Below, one piece after another: positions 36,420-49,344 of a DNA stretch of 59,871 bases. Position 1 is the first letter of the stretch; every line of letters starts with the position of its first letter. The translations under genes were made by a program, and so were the position numbers. This DNA comes from Octopus bimaculoides (Eukaryota): NCBI RefSeq assembly GCF_001194135.2, contig NC_068981.1:162187758-162247628 (forward strand), given 5' to 3'. The notes under the pieces were generated by a model, which had not been told where the DNA came from, made no database searches, and saw only the letters and a program-made list of their open reading frames with translations.

Positions 36420-38545
36420 TAAAATCCAACATGAATGCATGAAATCTAGTCACTGCAATGAATATCTGGGCAGTTGCAGTGGTTAGATATAGTGCATCCA
36501 TTCTCAGATGAACTGAAAAAGAGAAATCAAAAGTTAAATTGAAAGACAAGAAAGTTAATGACATTGTATGGAGCTTTACAATCTAAAGCAAATATAAATA
36601 GATTGTACATGAAGAAAAAAAAATAGTGGTAGAGGTATCATAAAATGTGAAAGACGAATGCTTTCAGAATATTTGCTAAACAGTGATGAAGAGGTGCTGC
36701 AATATGCAACAGAAGATATACTCTATTACTCTATTCTCTCTATTACTCTGTTACTTGTTTCAGTCATTTTACTGTGGCCATGCTGGAGCACTGCCTTAAG
36801 TCGAGCAAATCGACCCCAGGACTTATTCTTTGGATGCCTAGTACTCATCCTATCGGTCTCTTTTGCCGAACCGCTAAGTTACGGGGACATAAACACACCA
36901 GCATCGGTTGTCAAGCGATGTTGGGGGAACAAACACAGACACACAAACATATACACACACATACATACATATATNNNNNNNNNNNNNNNNNNNNNNNNNN
37001 NNNNNNNNNNNNNNNNNNNNNNNNNNNNNNNNNNNNNNNNNNNNNNNNNNNNNNNNNNNNNNNNNNNNNNNNNNNNNNNNNNNNNNNNNNNNNNNNNNNN
37101 NNNNNNNNNNNNNNNNNNNNNNNNNNNNNNNNNNNNNNNNNNNNNNNNNNNNNNNNNNNNNNNNNNNNNNNNNNNNNNNNNNNNNNNNNNNNNNNNNNNN
37201 NNNNNNNNNNNNNNNNNNNNNNNNNNNNNNNNNNNNNNNNNNNNNNNNNNNNNNNNNNNNNNNNNNNNNNNNNNNNNNNNNNNNNNNNNNNNNNNNNNNN
37301 NNNNNNNNNNNNNNNNNNNNNNNNNNNNNNNNNNNNNNNNNNNNNNNNNNNNNNNNNNNNNNNNNNNNNNNNNNNNNNNNNNNNNNNNNNNNNNNNNNNN
37401 NNNNNNNNNNNNNNNNNNNNNNNNNNNNNNNNNNNNNNNNNNNNNNNNNNNNNNNNNNNNNNATATATATATATATATATATACATATATACGACAGGCT
37501 TCTTTCAGTTTCCGTCTACCAAATCCACTCACAAGGCTTTGGTCAGCCCGAGGCTATAGTAGAAGACACTTGCCCAAGGTGTCATGCAGTGGGAATGAAC
37601 CTAGAACGATGTGGTTGGTAAGCAAGCTACTTACCACACAGCCACTCCTGCGCCTATGAGTATAAATGCAGATGAAATGTTTGGTAAAGAAGAAAGAGTT
37701 TAACCAAAGAGTTGAAGAGAAGATCTGAAAATGAGAATGCCTGGTCAGTGTAAAAGTGATACACAGTATATCAAGGATAAAACAACATCAAGGACATGGT
37801 TTAAGCAAGTCAATTTGAACAAGGCAGTGAAAGTTTTGTAATTGCAGTACAAGACCAAGTTCTTGCTACGAATACAGTGAAGTATAACATCTATAAAATT
37901 TCTGACACCCAGAAATGCAGAATGTAGAAACTGTAACCTACTTGGTAAATGGATGTGAAAGCCTTGTACAAAAAGAATACAAGCAACACCATGATAAAGT
38001 TTGTTTGTACCTTCATATGCTTTTTATTTTGTAAATGCCAATATGAAGTAACAAAGAATTGGTATGAGCATGTGGCTAGTAAAGTAATGCATGACGAAGG
38101 GAAAGCAATGATATTCTGAGATTACGATTTTCTAATTGATAGAGTAATTGCACATCGCTGCCTGAATGTGGTTGTGTTGAACAAGAGAGACAAATGCTGT
38201 CAAATCATTGACATAGCCATGCCAAATGACATGAATATCATTAATAAAGAGGCTGAAAAAAAATCACAAAGTACTTCAAACTGAAAGTGGAGTTAGAATG
38301 ACAATTTGAAATACAAGAGGGTAATGTAAAAGTGATATTAGCTGTAATTGGGGGCATTAGGGTCAATACCATTGAAACTTCAAGACTTCTTAAAGCAGTT
38401 GGGAATACCATTCAAGATTGGTGTCATACAAAAATAAGCCTTTATAGGTACTGCACACATTTTAAGGAAAGTATTACCTGTCTGAAGTTCTTGTGACTTG
38501 ACAGATGACTAAATACTCTGGTGCATTCTGCATCTACACCACATG
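36420..38545 (+). mobile_element. R4/Dong-like RLE LINE 3' half, interrupted by a SINE
   Basis: 36440-36715 gives MNIWAVAVVRYSASILR and EYLLNSDEEVLQY (post-RT region). 37760-38485 gives a CCHC-like region, an RLE region (IIDIAMPNDMNI...LGSIP) and HILRKVLPV*. The element ends in taataatgataataat. Confidence 0.8.
36743..37655 (-). mobile_element. SINE family A copy (gap inside the internal microsatellite)
   Basis: Tail at 36743-36945 and head at 37490-37655 flank TA repeats and an N-run. Confidence 0.85.
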
Positions 38546-38574
38546 ACAAAGTAATAATGATAATAATCTTTTAT

Positions 38575-38785
38575 ACTATTCTTTTATCCTTTTATTTGTT
38601 TCAGTCATTTGATTGTGGCCATGCTGGAGTACCACATTTAGTTGAAGAAATTGACCCCAGGACTTATTCTTTGTAAGCCTAGTACTTATTCTATCAGCCT
38701 CTTTTGCTGAACTGCTAAGTTATGGGGATGTAAACACACCAGCATTAGTTGTCAAGCAATGGTGGGGGGACAAACACAGACAGAA

Positions 38786-38829
<44 letters not shown>

Positions 38830-39064
38830 GAAACCCGGGTCCGTTCGTGCAACAGATCACGATGAGAGGGATAACTTCCCTTGGCAAAACAAACAGGACA
38901 CAGTAGTGTGTCGATAAGCCAGCTGGAGGAGATGTCCTCCTGGGGCTAAAAGCAACAGTAACATCCACCCCTAGGGGTCAGCCACACTTAAGTGGCAATA
39001 TACTTCACTTTATCGTGCAGTTACTGTTAATACTTCATTTAGAGAATTAACATTGCTTATATAT

Positions 39065-39121
<57 letters not shown>

Positions 39122-39270
39122 CATGACGGGCTTCTTTCAGTTTCTGTCTACCAAATCCACTGGCAAAGCTTTGGTCATCCTGAGGCTATAGTAGAAAACA
39201 CTTGCACAAGGTGCTATGCAGTGGGACTGAACCCAGAACCACGTGGTTGGTAGGCAAGCTACTTACCACT
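38575..39270 (-). mobile_element. SINE family A copy with a nested insertion in its microsatellite
   Basis: Tail at 38575-38790, head at 39120-39270, foreign segment at 38830-39055. Confidence 0.8.
38830..39055 (+). mobile_element. HHR-associated structured repeat (PLE pLTR/retrozyme-like fragment)
   Basis: Starts GAAA-CCCGGG-TC (hammerhead 3' half with a GUC triplet), followed by a degenerate second core and the ccagctgg...acagtaacat...gccac/gtggc motif shared with 2262-2342. Confidence 0.6.
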
Positions 39271-39734
39271 TAACCATTCCTGGAATTCTTAAGGCAGGGG
39301 CTAGTTGATAACATTGACCCCAGTACTTGACTGGTACTTATTTCATCAACTCCAAAAAGATGAAAGTCAAAGTCAACCTCAGCGGAATTTGAACTCAGAA
39401 CCATAAAAATGGATGAAATGCTACCAAGCATTTTGTCCAGTGTGCTAATGATTCTGCCAGCTTGCCACCATATAATGATAATTATTATTATTGTTGTTTC
39501 TATTATTATTATGATTATTATTATTATTATTAGTATTATCATTATTCCAATGAGGTCAACTTTACCTTTCATTCTTTCAGGGTCAATAAAATAAGAACTA
39601 GTTAAGCACTGGAGGTGATGTAATTGATTATCCTCGTTTCCCAAATTCTAGGCCTTGTGCCTATAGCAGAAAGGATTATTGTTATTACTATTATTATCAT
39701 CATCATCATCATCATTATTTTTGTTATGATGATG

Positions 39735-39775
<41 letters not shown>

Positions 39776-39974
39776 CATTATTATTATTTAAGGCAGTGAG
39801 CTGACAAAATGATTAGGTGCCATTAGCGGCATTTTGTCTGTCACCACGTTCTGAGTTCAAATGCTTTTCATCCTTTCGGGGTTGATAAAATAAGTACCAG
39901 TTGAGTACTGTGGTTGATGTAATCGGCTTACCCCCTCCCCCAAAATTTCAAGTCTTGTGCCTGTAGTAGAAAGG

Positions 39975-40010
<36 letters not shown>

Positions 40011-40737
40011 GAGTGAGAGAGCTGTGCATACCAGTAGTAGTAGTAGTGGTATGAAGGCATTTTTCTAGTCTCTTTGAGATATGATTTATTCAAGCATTAG
40101 CAAAGGTAATTTCCTTTGGAGTACTTGTAAGAAGAATTGTAATTACCTAAGGAAAGCTTGTCCTTAATACCTGGAGGTAGACATTTAAAAAAAATGGTTT
40201 GTTTCGCAAACATCTAAAATTCTATTTACCCACATTATATTTTCACATCAAAAATGGGTATCACACATAATTACGCTACGCAACAAAACATTACAATGGC
40301 TTGAAAAACAATATGAAATTAAAAGAAACAATTAAATGTATAAAAAAAGCAGAAGAAAACGAGCACTTTAGAGAACATTCAATTGAAGTAATGCCATAAA
40401 TGCCCATATAAATAATGTGGAAGACACAGACAGTAATAACAACAACAGCAGTAGCAACTATTTGACAATACCAAACCTTACCTCAATGCAAAATGAACTG
40501 ATGGAAATTTAAGATCTATTCACAGTTATAACATCAAAAATAGAAGAAAAGGGGAAACAATGTGAAAGGGGAATTATTTTGTGAAACCAAACAGCATTTC
40601 TTTACCATAGATGATAATCGAGAAGGAAAAGAGAAAAATTATATACCTCTGCTTAAGGAAAAATGGAAACGGATTTCATTTTCCCTCACGTCAAGTGGTG
40701 CAACAAGCTTTCCAAGATATATTTCCTTTTTTCTTTT

Positions 40738-40973
40738 ATTCTTTTACTTGTTTAAGTAATTTGACTTCAGCCATGCTGGAGCACCTCCTTAAAGTGTTTT
40801 TCAGTTGAAGAAATTGCCCCAGGATTATTCTTTGTAAGCCTAGAACTGATTCTACCAGTCTCTTTTGCTGAACCACTAAGTTACGGGGACATAACACGCT
40901 GACATTAGTTGTCAAGCGATGGTGGTGGGATGGACACAGACACAAAGACACACAAAAACATAAATATATATGC

Positions 40974-41032
<59 letters not shown>

Positions 41033-41180
41033 TCTTTCAGTTTCTTTCTACCAAATCCACTCACAAGGCTTTGGTTGGCCCAAGGCTATAGTAGAGGACA
41101 ATTACCTAAGGTGCCACACAGTGAAATTGAACTTGGAATCATGTGGTTGGGAAGCAAGCTTCTTACCACACAGCCACGTT
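40738..41180 (-). mobile_element. SINE family A copy
   Basis: Tail, (TG)n and head are all recognisable. Confidence 0.85.
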
Positions 41181-41229
41181 TGCACCTATGTGCCATGTCT
41201 ACACTTATAGACAACTATCTGGAGAAGTT

Positions 41230-42050
41230 GTTTCAATTGAATAGAGAAAGATGGGGCACTATTTTGCTTTGCCTTTAAAACTGAGGACAGTCAAAAAACA
41301 GACAGAAATTGTTGGACATGTCTTTGACTGTATATTTTGCACCAGTATAAAGGTGAAAGAAATGCAAAAGTCGCAATAAGAGACATGGAAAAAGACATAG
41401 ATCCATAGCAAGCAGCGATTTTTGTGTTGCAGTAAAGAAGAATTGTCAAATCAGGAATAATGAAAAGTGATCTGCAGCAAGGCATCAGTAAAATGGATTT
41501 GCAAGTCTCAATAACCTCTGAATACTTCTGGAACTGTGCCAAACAGAAGGCACTGATATAGAGGTCATACAATTAAGGAGACAGAGGAGAAAGCCTACTT
41601 GCCTTGGAGTTGAATATGTAGAAGAGCTGTAAAAAATTAAGCAAAAGTAAGGAAAACAAGGAAGATGAAGAGCAACAGAAAAAAAATACAGTTTCCAGAG
41701 AACCATGGAAATAGTAAAGAAGATATCTTTAGGTCTAGAATCAGAAGTAAATGAGCAAACACCACATCTAATGGTACCAACTTGTAGTGGATGGCAGTGA
41801 GGAAGAAGTAATAATTACTGATCAGCATTTCTAAGCAGAAGGAAAAAGAAAAAAAAAAATTGCAGAAAATGAAAATATGGCATAAAACGAAAAAATTGCA
41901 GAAAATGCAAATATGGCATAAAATGATAAAAATAAGTGAGGAGGAACAATTTCTTACAAATGATAACAAAATCCTTCTCCTGTAATATATCAAAGAAAAT
42001 GAAGAGAACAAAGATGAAGTAATATTATTTTTTGAAAATCAAATACAGTT
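41230..42050 (+). mobile_element. Possible decayed LINE ORF1 region
   Basis: A-rich, stop-ridden sequence with RRKPTCLG resembling a zinc-knuckle lead-in; weak evidence. Confidence 0.25.
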
Positions 42051-42834
42051 AATAGACACATCTCTCTCTCTCTCTCTGGTACCATGGATTTTCTGAAGAA
42101 ATTGGAATGATACAACAATTAGGTTTAGAATATAAACAGCATGTAAACAAGAGATTTTCTAGTAAAATATAAACCAAGATATAACACCAAATTTAAAAGG
42201 GAATACACTCAGGATGCTGGTGTTTTCCAATCCCAAATGTCTCAGAAAATGCTCACTGGTGCATTTGATTACACTTGAACACGATCTGAAAAATGGTTAA
42301 GTGAAGAGGATTATGGAGTGACCCAACTCAATCTAGCCAGAAAATTTTCATATTCTTTTATTCTTTTATTATAATTTTTTCTATTTATTTCCTTGCAAAT
42401 ATGTGTGAGTATTATTTATGGATTTTTGTGTGTGTGTGTGTGCGTGTGTAGGTGCAAGCATAGCTATCTCGTAAGAAACTGGCTTGTCAGCCACATGGTT
42501 CTAGGTTCAGTCCCACTGTGTAGCAAATTAGGCAAGTGTCTTCTACTATAGCCATGGGCTGACCAGAGCCTTGTGAGGGAATTTGGTAAATGGAAACTGA
42601 GAGAAGCCCACTTGTTGTTTATTTATATATACTATATATACATACATACATACATACATACATACATACACACATATATATATATATATATTTTTGAATG
42701 TGTGCCTTTGGGTCTGTATTTGTCCTCCACCACCACTTGACAACTGGTGTTTATGTGTTTCCATACCTCTAACTTAGCAGTTCCGTAAAGAGACTGATAG
42801 ATTTGTGATTTGTCCTCTTTCCTGCTTATGTATC

Positions 42835-43190
42835 TCATCATCATCATCATCATCATCGTTTAACGTCCCTTTTCCATCCTGAGATGGGTTGAATGGTTTG
42901 ATTGAGATCTGCAGAGCCAGTGGCTGTACTAGGCTCCAATCTGATCTGACAATGTTACTACAGCTGGATGCTCTTCCTAACGCCAACCACTCTGAGAGTG
43001 TAGTGAGTACTTTTTATGTGCCACCAGCACAGGAGCCAGTCAGGCAGGCCTGGCATCGAGCACGTTCAGATAATGATTTTTACATGCCATTAGCATGGGA
43101 GCCAGTCAGGGAGTACTGGCATTGGCCACGTTCAGATGGTGCTGTTTAGATACCACAGGCACGGGAGCCAGTCAAAGGCTTGTCAAAGGC
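42835..43190 (-). mobile_element. SINE family D copy
   Basis: (CAT)n tail, ctacagctggatgctcttcctaacgccaaccactctgagag, and internal subrepeats. Confidence 0.8.
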
Positions 43191-43251
43191 TTTCTCCAAA
43201 CCTGTCAAAGGCTTTCTCCATGTCAACAAAAGCCAGGTACAGAGGTATATG

Positions 43252-43282
<31 letters not shown>

Positions 43283-43382
43283 CGATTTGTGTATTTGTTT
43301 TGCAAGATTCTTGGTGTGAAAGCATGTGTCAAAACAGATTTTGTTATACTTGGGAATGGTCATTTTTGTCAGTTAAACACAT

Positions 43383-43452
<70 letters not shown>

Positions 43453-43511
43453 GTGTGTGTGCAACATACATTCATACCCTATACTTTGTAAGTATATATA
43501 TGCATGTGTGT

Positions 43512-43588
<77 letters not shown>

Positions 43589-45318
43589 TTTGTTTGTGTT
43601 TGTGTTTGTGATGTCTCATGCTCTGTTTATATAATATGCCTTCTACTTTTATGGTTCTTCCTTTGGCGTCACTTTGGCTGTTATTTTGTGATGCTTTTGT
43701 TTCATCTTATCGTTATCTTTATCACATGCAATCATTTATTCCCTTGCCTGTCTTGATGGTGTGCAGGTGGTTGGCAAACCTTCTTGTCCCCATGTCCATT
43801 AAACAAAATCAATTCTCCAGAGAAACTCTTTGACATCCTTTAAGTAGGATAAGGGTTTCTTTTTTCATTTCCCTCTTCTTTTCCTCTTTCCCCTTTTATC
43901 TCTCTTTCCTTTTCTTCCTCTGTTTCAATCCCTTGAATATGTTGATTAATTTATTGTCATATATATTTAACATCCAAATAGCATTCCATATTTGCTCTCT
44001 CAACTGGAATTGAGACAAGAGGGTCACCGTGCATTATATACTTTTTGTGTGAAAAATCCTAAATGTTAAATTTTGCTCTTAATTCTCCTGAAGGAAATGG
44101 TCCTTTTACATGATGTAATTGTTTTGTACATAAAGGGTGCAGAGCATTGCACCGAGAACCAGCTGGTGGAGAATCTGCCTAGGGTTAAACGAGTAGTAAC
44201 ATTCAACTGCCACTTTGATGTGGCGGCTTGCTAATTGTTTTGTTCATCAATAAAAAAAACATATGTGAAACAGCTGTAGTGAACCTCAGCCCATTGTGTT
44301 ATTATCTATACTACATNNNNNNNNNNNNNNNNNNNNNNNNNNNNNNNNNNNNNNNNNNNNNNNNNNNNNNNNNNNNNNNNNNNNNNNNNNNNNNNNNNNN
44401 NNNNNNNNNNNNNNNNNNNNNNNNNNNNNNNNNNNNNNNNNNNNNNNNNNNNNNNNNNNNNNNNNNNNNNNNNNNNNNNNNNNNNNNNNNNNNNNNNNNN
44501 NNNNNNNNNNNNNNNNNNNNNNNNNNNNNNNNNNNNNNNNNNNNNNNNNNNNNNNNNNNNNNNNNNNNNNNNNNNNNNNNNNNNNNNNNNNNNNNNNNNN
44601 NNNNNNNNNNNNNNNNNNNNNNNNNNNNNNNNNNNNNNNNNNNNNNNNNNNNNNNNNNNNNNNNNNNNNNNNNNNNNNNNNNNNNNNNNNNNNNNNNNNN
44701 NNNNNNNNNNNNNNNNNNNNNNNNNNNNNNNNNNNNNNNNNNNNNNNNNNNNNNNNNNNNNNNNNNNNNNNNNNNNNNNNNNNNNNNNNNNNNNNNNNNN
44801 NNNNNNNNNNNNNNNNNNNNNNNNNNNNNNNNNNNNNNNNNNNNNNNNNNNNNNNNNNNNNNNNNNNNTCTGAGTGGTTGGCGTTAGGAAGGGCATCCAG
44901 CTGTAGAAACTCTGCCAAATCAGACTGGAGCCTGGTGTTGCCATCCGGTTTCACCAGTCCTCAGTCAAATCGTCCAACCCATGCTAGCATGGAAAGCGGA
45001 CGTTAAACGATGATGATGATGATGTGCGTGTGTGTGTGTGTAATATATGTATATAAACGGTTAGCTGAGTTAGAGGTTAAAAAAACCGTCTAAGGGATAG
45101 AAGTATCCATTACACTACCAGTATATTACTTATGTTTAACCATAGGCATACATATGCAAGTATATTATGCTCATAAATTATAGGTAAAGACAAGGATAAA
45201 CATGGAATTATCAAGAATTAATATTTAAAGAAAACAGAAAATGGAGAAATATTAATGAACAACGATTGACTTACATCAATTATTCTTTATTAATTTAATA
45301 CAAATAGACTGCATCCCA

Positions 45319-45430
45319 TCTAACAGCTGTTTCTGCTTTCAATGTTGTATGGTATTGCCATTGGTATGTTATAAATATTTATCATATTTGGTAATAAAAC
45401 TGATCTGAAACATGAAGCTTCATCAGAGTG
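45319..45430 (-). ncRNA. Hammerhead-like motif with a long stem II insert
   Basis: cact-CTGATGA-a-gcttcatgtt...aacattgaaagc-a-GAAA-CAGCTG-TT-agat. Stem III is the palindrome ACAGCUGU; stem I has only 2 bp. Confidence 0.5.
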
Positions 45431-45544
45431 AAGAATAAATAAAGAAAAGCATAAAGAAGAAAAAGGGAAAAGTTGAAAAGTTGCCCTTTTTCTTCACTAA
45501 GCTCTTCTTCTTTATTTATTCTTATATATATTGGTTAAATAAAA

Positions 45545-46030
45545 TGAGACAATAGAGCCAAGGCAGTATGAAATTTCTAGGACATTGTATAAAGAGAAGG
45601 GTAGTCTTACAACTGTTCCAGGGATATAAAAGATATCAGAAAGTTAAATAGAAGGAAATAGTGGAGTTATTAATACCTGCACACTATCCATTTGTTATAA
45701 CAAAATATGAACTCCTATCGGAGCTTATATACTTTGGACAAGAAGCCTTTTTACCCATTCTATACAACACATTCCTTGGATAATAGAACAGCAAGTTTAA
45801 CATCCAACATATATTTTTATTTTTATTATTATATTTCCCTTTATACCTCCTATATCTCTCCCTTTCCAAAATAACTTCTTATATTGAACTCTACTATTTC
45901 CTGCTATTTAATTCTCGTATATCATCTCTGATGATGGGATATCTTTTATATCCCTGAAACAGCTGTAAGACTACCCTCCTGTTTATAAAATGTCCTAGAA
46001 ATTTCACACTGCCTTGGCTTTGTTGTCTCA
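45545..46030. repeat. Inverted duplication (PLE-type fold-back)
   Basis: 45545-45668 is the reverse complement of 45888-46030; the left arm lacks the CTGATGA box. Confidence 0.8.
45925..45970 (+). ncRNA. Minimal type I hammerhead ribozyme (intact core)
   Basis: tct-CTGATGA-t-GGGATAT-ctttt-ATATCCC-t-GAAA-CAGCTG-TA-aga. Stem II is 7 bp, stem III is the perfect palindrome ACAGCUGU, the triplet is GUA, and stem I is 3 bp. Confidence 0.75.
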
Positions 46031-47529
46031 TGTTATTTAATCTATACATTCTCACACAGGACCCACATTAGACTCCTTACTCTTACTATTATCGAACCAG
46101 GAGTCTAACAGTGGTCCTTAATAAACACAATATATGTTTTTATGTGCTACTATTAGTTTCATATACTGAGAGCATGCCAGTCAGTATTTTTTAACACATC
46201 TGGTGTCCTGCACAATCTTCAGTGACTGAAGATTGTAGCACATAAAAACATATATTGCGTTTATTGAATAATATTTATCTCTCACCAGATGGAGTGCTTT
46301 TTTGTGGATCTTGCCATCATGGAACAGTATGCTATATGTGTCTCTTTGTGTGTGTGTATTTATATATGTGTATATGTGTTTATATGTATGCATATTTGTA
46401 TGCTTATGTATTTATAAGTGTGTGTGTGTGTGTATGTTTGTACACGTGTGTGCCTGTACCTATAAAATTCTTAATATGTCCTTCTATATATTCTATTATG
46501 TCTCTTAGCACTCCCTTCATATTTGTAAATGCATTTTTTTGTTGTTGCACTCCACATTATCCTTTCTTTCTTTGCAACCCCTTGTGAGTTCTTCAGGCCC
46601 TTGTGGCTAATAAAGAAAAGCTTATTATTATTATCATTATTATTGTCGTATTTATATTTTTAATTATATTCTTAATGCTCTGGTGGATTATGCATATAAA
46701 TCTTTTGTGTCATCAAAGCAAACTATACTGAAGGTTTTTTTTTTTTCAAAGGCTGAAAATTGCATGCTTACATGTTTCTCTATATGTGCGTGATTGTGTG
46801 TTATCAACCTCCACCTCGTATGTGTGTGTGTGTGTGGATGTATGTGTGTGTATAGATGTGTGTATGTGTTTCATGCATATCTATGATATGTGTTTATATA
46901 TATGTGTATGCTTGTATATTGGTGTGCAAAGTGGTTATTGATCTACTTGCCTATACTACAGTACAAACACCAGCTCAGACTTAGAGCAACAGTTATCTAT
47001 CACTTTCTAACATAAATCAGCTGAGCTAGCACCAGTGACCATCAAACAGAATTAGTTGCCTGGAGAAACACAACACACACATACATACAACACTTACATG
47101 AAATGCATGGTAACCATTTGAAATATAGGAGAATATATGTAGCATCAGAGTAAAAAGAAACCAGTCAAAAGGGAACTGCAGTTAATCAGAAAATAAAACA
47201 GCTTGGTCAAGTTTTACACCACAAAAAATATACCAGGAATTTTCTCCCCTTGCATTAACCTCTTCAACTATTAAGGAACATATATGCATTAGTCATTCTA
47301 CTGTCATAAGCAGCACACTCTTAACAATTTGTTATTGTTGTTGCTGATGTTGCTATTCCCCCACTACCTCCATATATGTTTACCTTTTCTTTTTTACATT
47401 TTCTTTCTCCTATAGTGAACCTATTTCTCATATATTTATGTTGCTTAATACAGTAAACTCTCTCCTATTCGATACCACCAAGTATTGCTAAGTTTTCTGG
47501 ATATCTGATCATCATTTTTTAGATTTCCA

Positions 47530-47890
47530 CATCATCATCATCATCGTTTTAACATCTGCTTTCCATGCTGGCTTGGGTTGGACGGTTTGACTGAGGACTG
47601 GCAAGCCAGTAGGCTGCACAAGGCTCCAATCTGATCTGGCAGTGTTTCTACAGCTGGATGCCCTTCCTAATGCCAACCACTCTGAGAGTGTAGTGGGTGC
47701 TTTTTACATGCCACCAGTACAGGAGCCAGTCAGAGTACACTGGCATCGACCACATTCAGATGGTGCTTTTTATGTGCCACCTGTACAGGAGCCAGTCAAG
47801 GGCACTGGCATTGACAACATTTAGATAGTGCTTTTTACATTCCACCTGTACAGGAACCAGTCAGGGTCGTGCTTTTTACGTGCTGCAGTA
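47530..47890 (-). mobile_element. SINE family D copy with ~4 internal subrepeats
   Basis: (CAT)n tail; repeated gtgccacc.gtacaggagccagtca units. Confidence 0.8.
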
Positions 47891-48793
47891 TGTTACAAAA
47901 CTCATTAAAAAATCTTGATATATGCATCAATATTATCATTAATAGTCTGATTATCTTTCATCTTTTATTTCTTATTTGTTTCTGTCATTAGACTGTGGCC
48001 ATGCTGGGGCACTGCCTTGAAGAATTTTAGTTCAACAAATCAAACCCAGTACTTATCATTTTTTAAAGCCTGGTTTCTTTTGTTGAACTGCTAAGTGAGG
48101 GGGGCGTAAACAAACCAACACTGGTCACCAAGTAGTGGAAAGTGAGGGAGACACTTATCTAACGTGCTGCACAGTGGGACCGAACCCAGAACCACGTGGT
48201 TGGAAAGCAAGCTTCTTACCACACAGCCATGAAATGAAATAAATAGGAAGAAATGTAAAATATTATTTAAGTAAAGCCCAGGGCTTGAAATCATATCATT
48301 AGGAAGCAAACTTCTGAAAACACTCGGTCATACCTGCACCTCACTTTATTTAATTATCAGGAACAGGTACACCAGCTATTTGGGAATGTTATTTGAAATG
48401 GACTGGTATTATCTCCCAAGTGAGATTCATTAATCATCTGTTTAAGACTATTTATTTAAGATCAAAGACTTTTGAGTGGAGACATAATTGATGATTAGTT
48501 GGAGAACTTATCACAATTTTGGGAGTGGATTCCAATAATCTTCCTACTTTCTGTTCAAATCCTTTACCATTTCTTCAGTATGCTTCCTTTGGTATAAGAA
48601 ATATAGCAGTATCCATACTCTTGCTTCTCTCTCTCACTCACTCACACTCACACACACACACACACACACACTAAAATTTGAAATTTCTTTTAACACTATT
48701 TTCTGTCAAATATGACAAATATTTATTACTTTCAGAATCTTTAGAACTAGAGAAATTGTGTTGTGTTATTTGGTTTGGCCCTATATGTTCTGC

Positions 48794-49174
48794 TGGAGGC
48801 GCAATGGCCCAGTGGTTAGGACAGCAGACTCGCGGTCATAGGATCGCGGTTTCGATTCCCAGACCGGGCGTTGTGAGTGTTTATTGAGCAAAAACACCTA
48901 AAGCTCCACGAGGCTCCGGCAGGGGATGGTGGCGAACCCTGCTGTACTCTTTCACCATCAACTTTCTCTCACTCTTACTTCCTGTTTCTGTTGTGCCTGT
49001 AATTCAAAGGGTCAGCCTTGTCACACTGTGTCACGCTAAATATCCTCAAGAACTACGTTAAGGGTACACGTGTCTGTGGAGTGCTCAGCCACTTGCATGT
49101 TAATTTCACGAGCAGGCTGTTCCATTGATCGGATCAACTGGAACCCTCGTTGTCGTAAGCGACGGAGCGCCAAC
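48794..49174 (+). mobile_element. Young full-length tRNA-derived SINE with target-site duplication
   Basis: A box tggcccagtggttag, B box ggtttcgattccc, many CpGs retained, and an 11-bp TSD ATATGTTCTGC at 48783-48793 and 49175-49185. Confidence 0.9.
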
Positions 49175-49344
49175 ATATGTTCTGCATTCAAAGTCTGCCA
49201 GTATAGGCTTTGCCTATCATCTTTCTACAGTCATGGAGTGTCAAGATTTTTCCTTCCTAGGTTCCTTGCCTTATGTAGGTGGATTGTCCTTATTTATTTC
49301 TGTACTAAATTTTTAACTCATTTTAATGAAACTGTTAAACTGTC

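Noticed and set aside
11838-45006. Long ORFs containing X runs (11838-12487, 29294-29654, 32283-33050, 33889-34590, 36658-37659, 44228-45006)
   Set aside because: They are open only because they span assembly gaps (N at 12127-12429, 29352-29521, 32339-32878, 34240-34505, 36975-37462 and 44317-44868).
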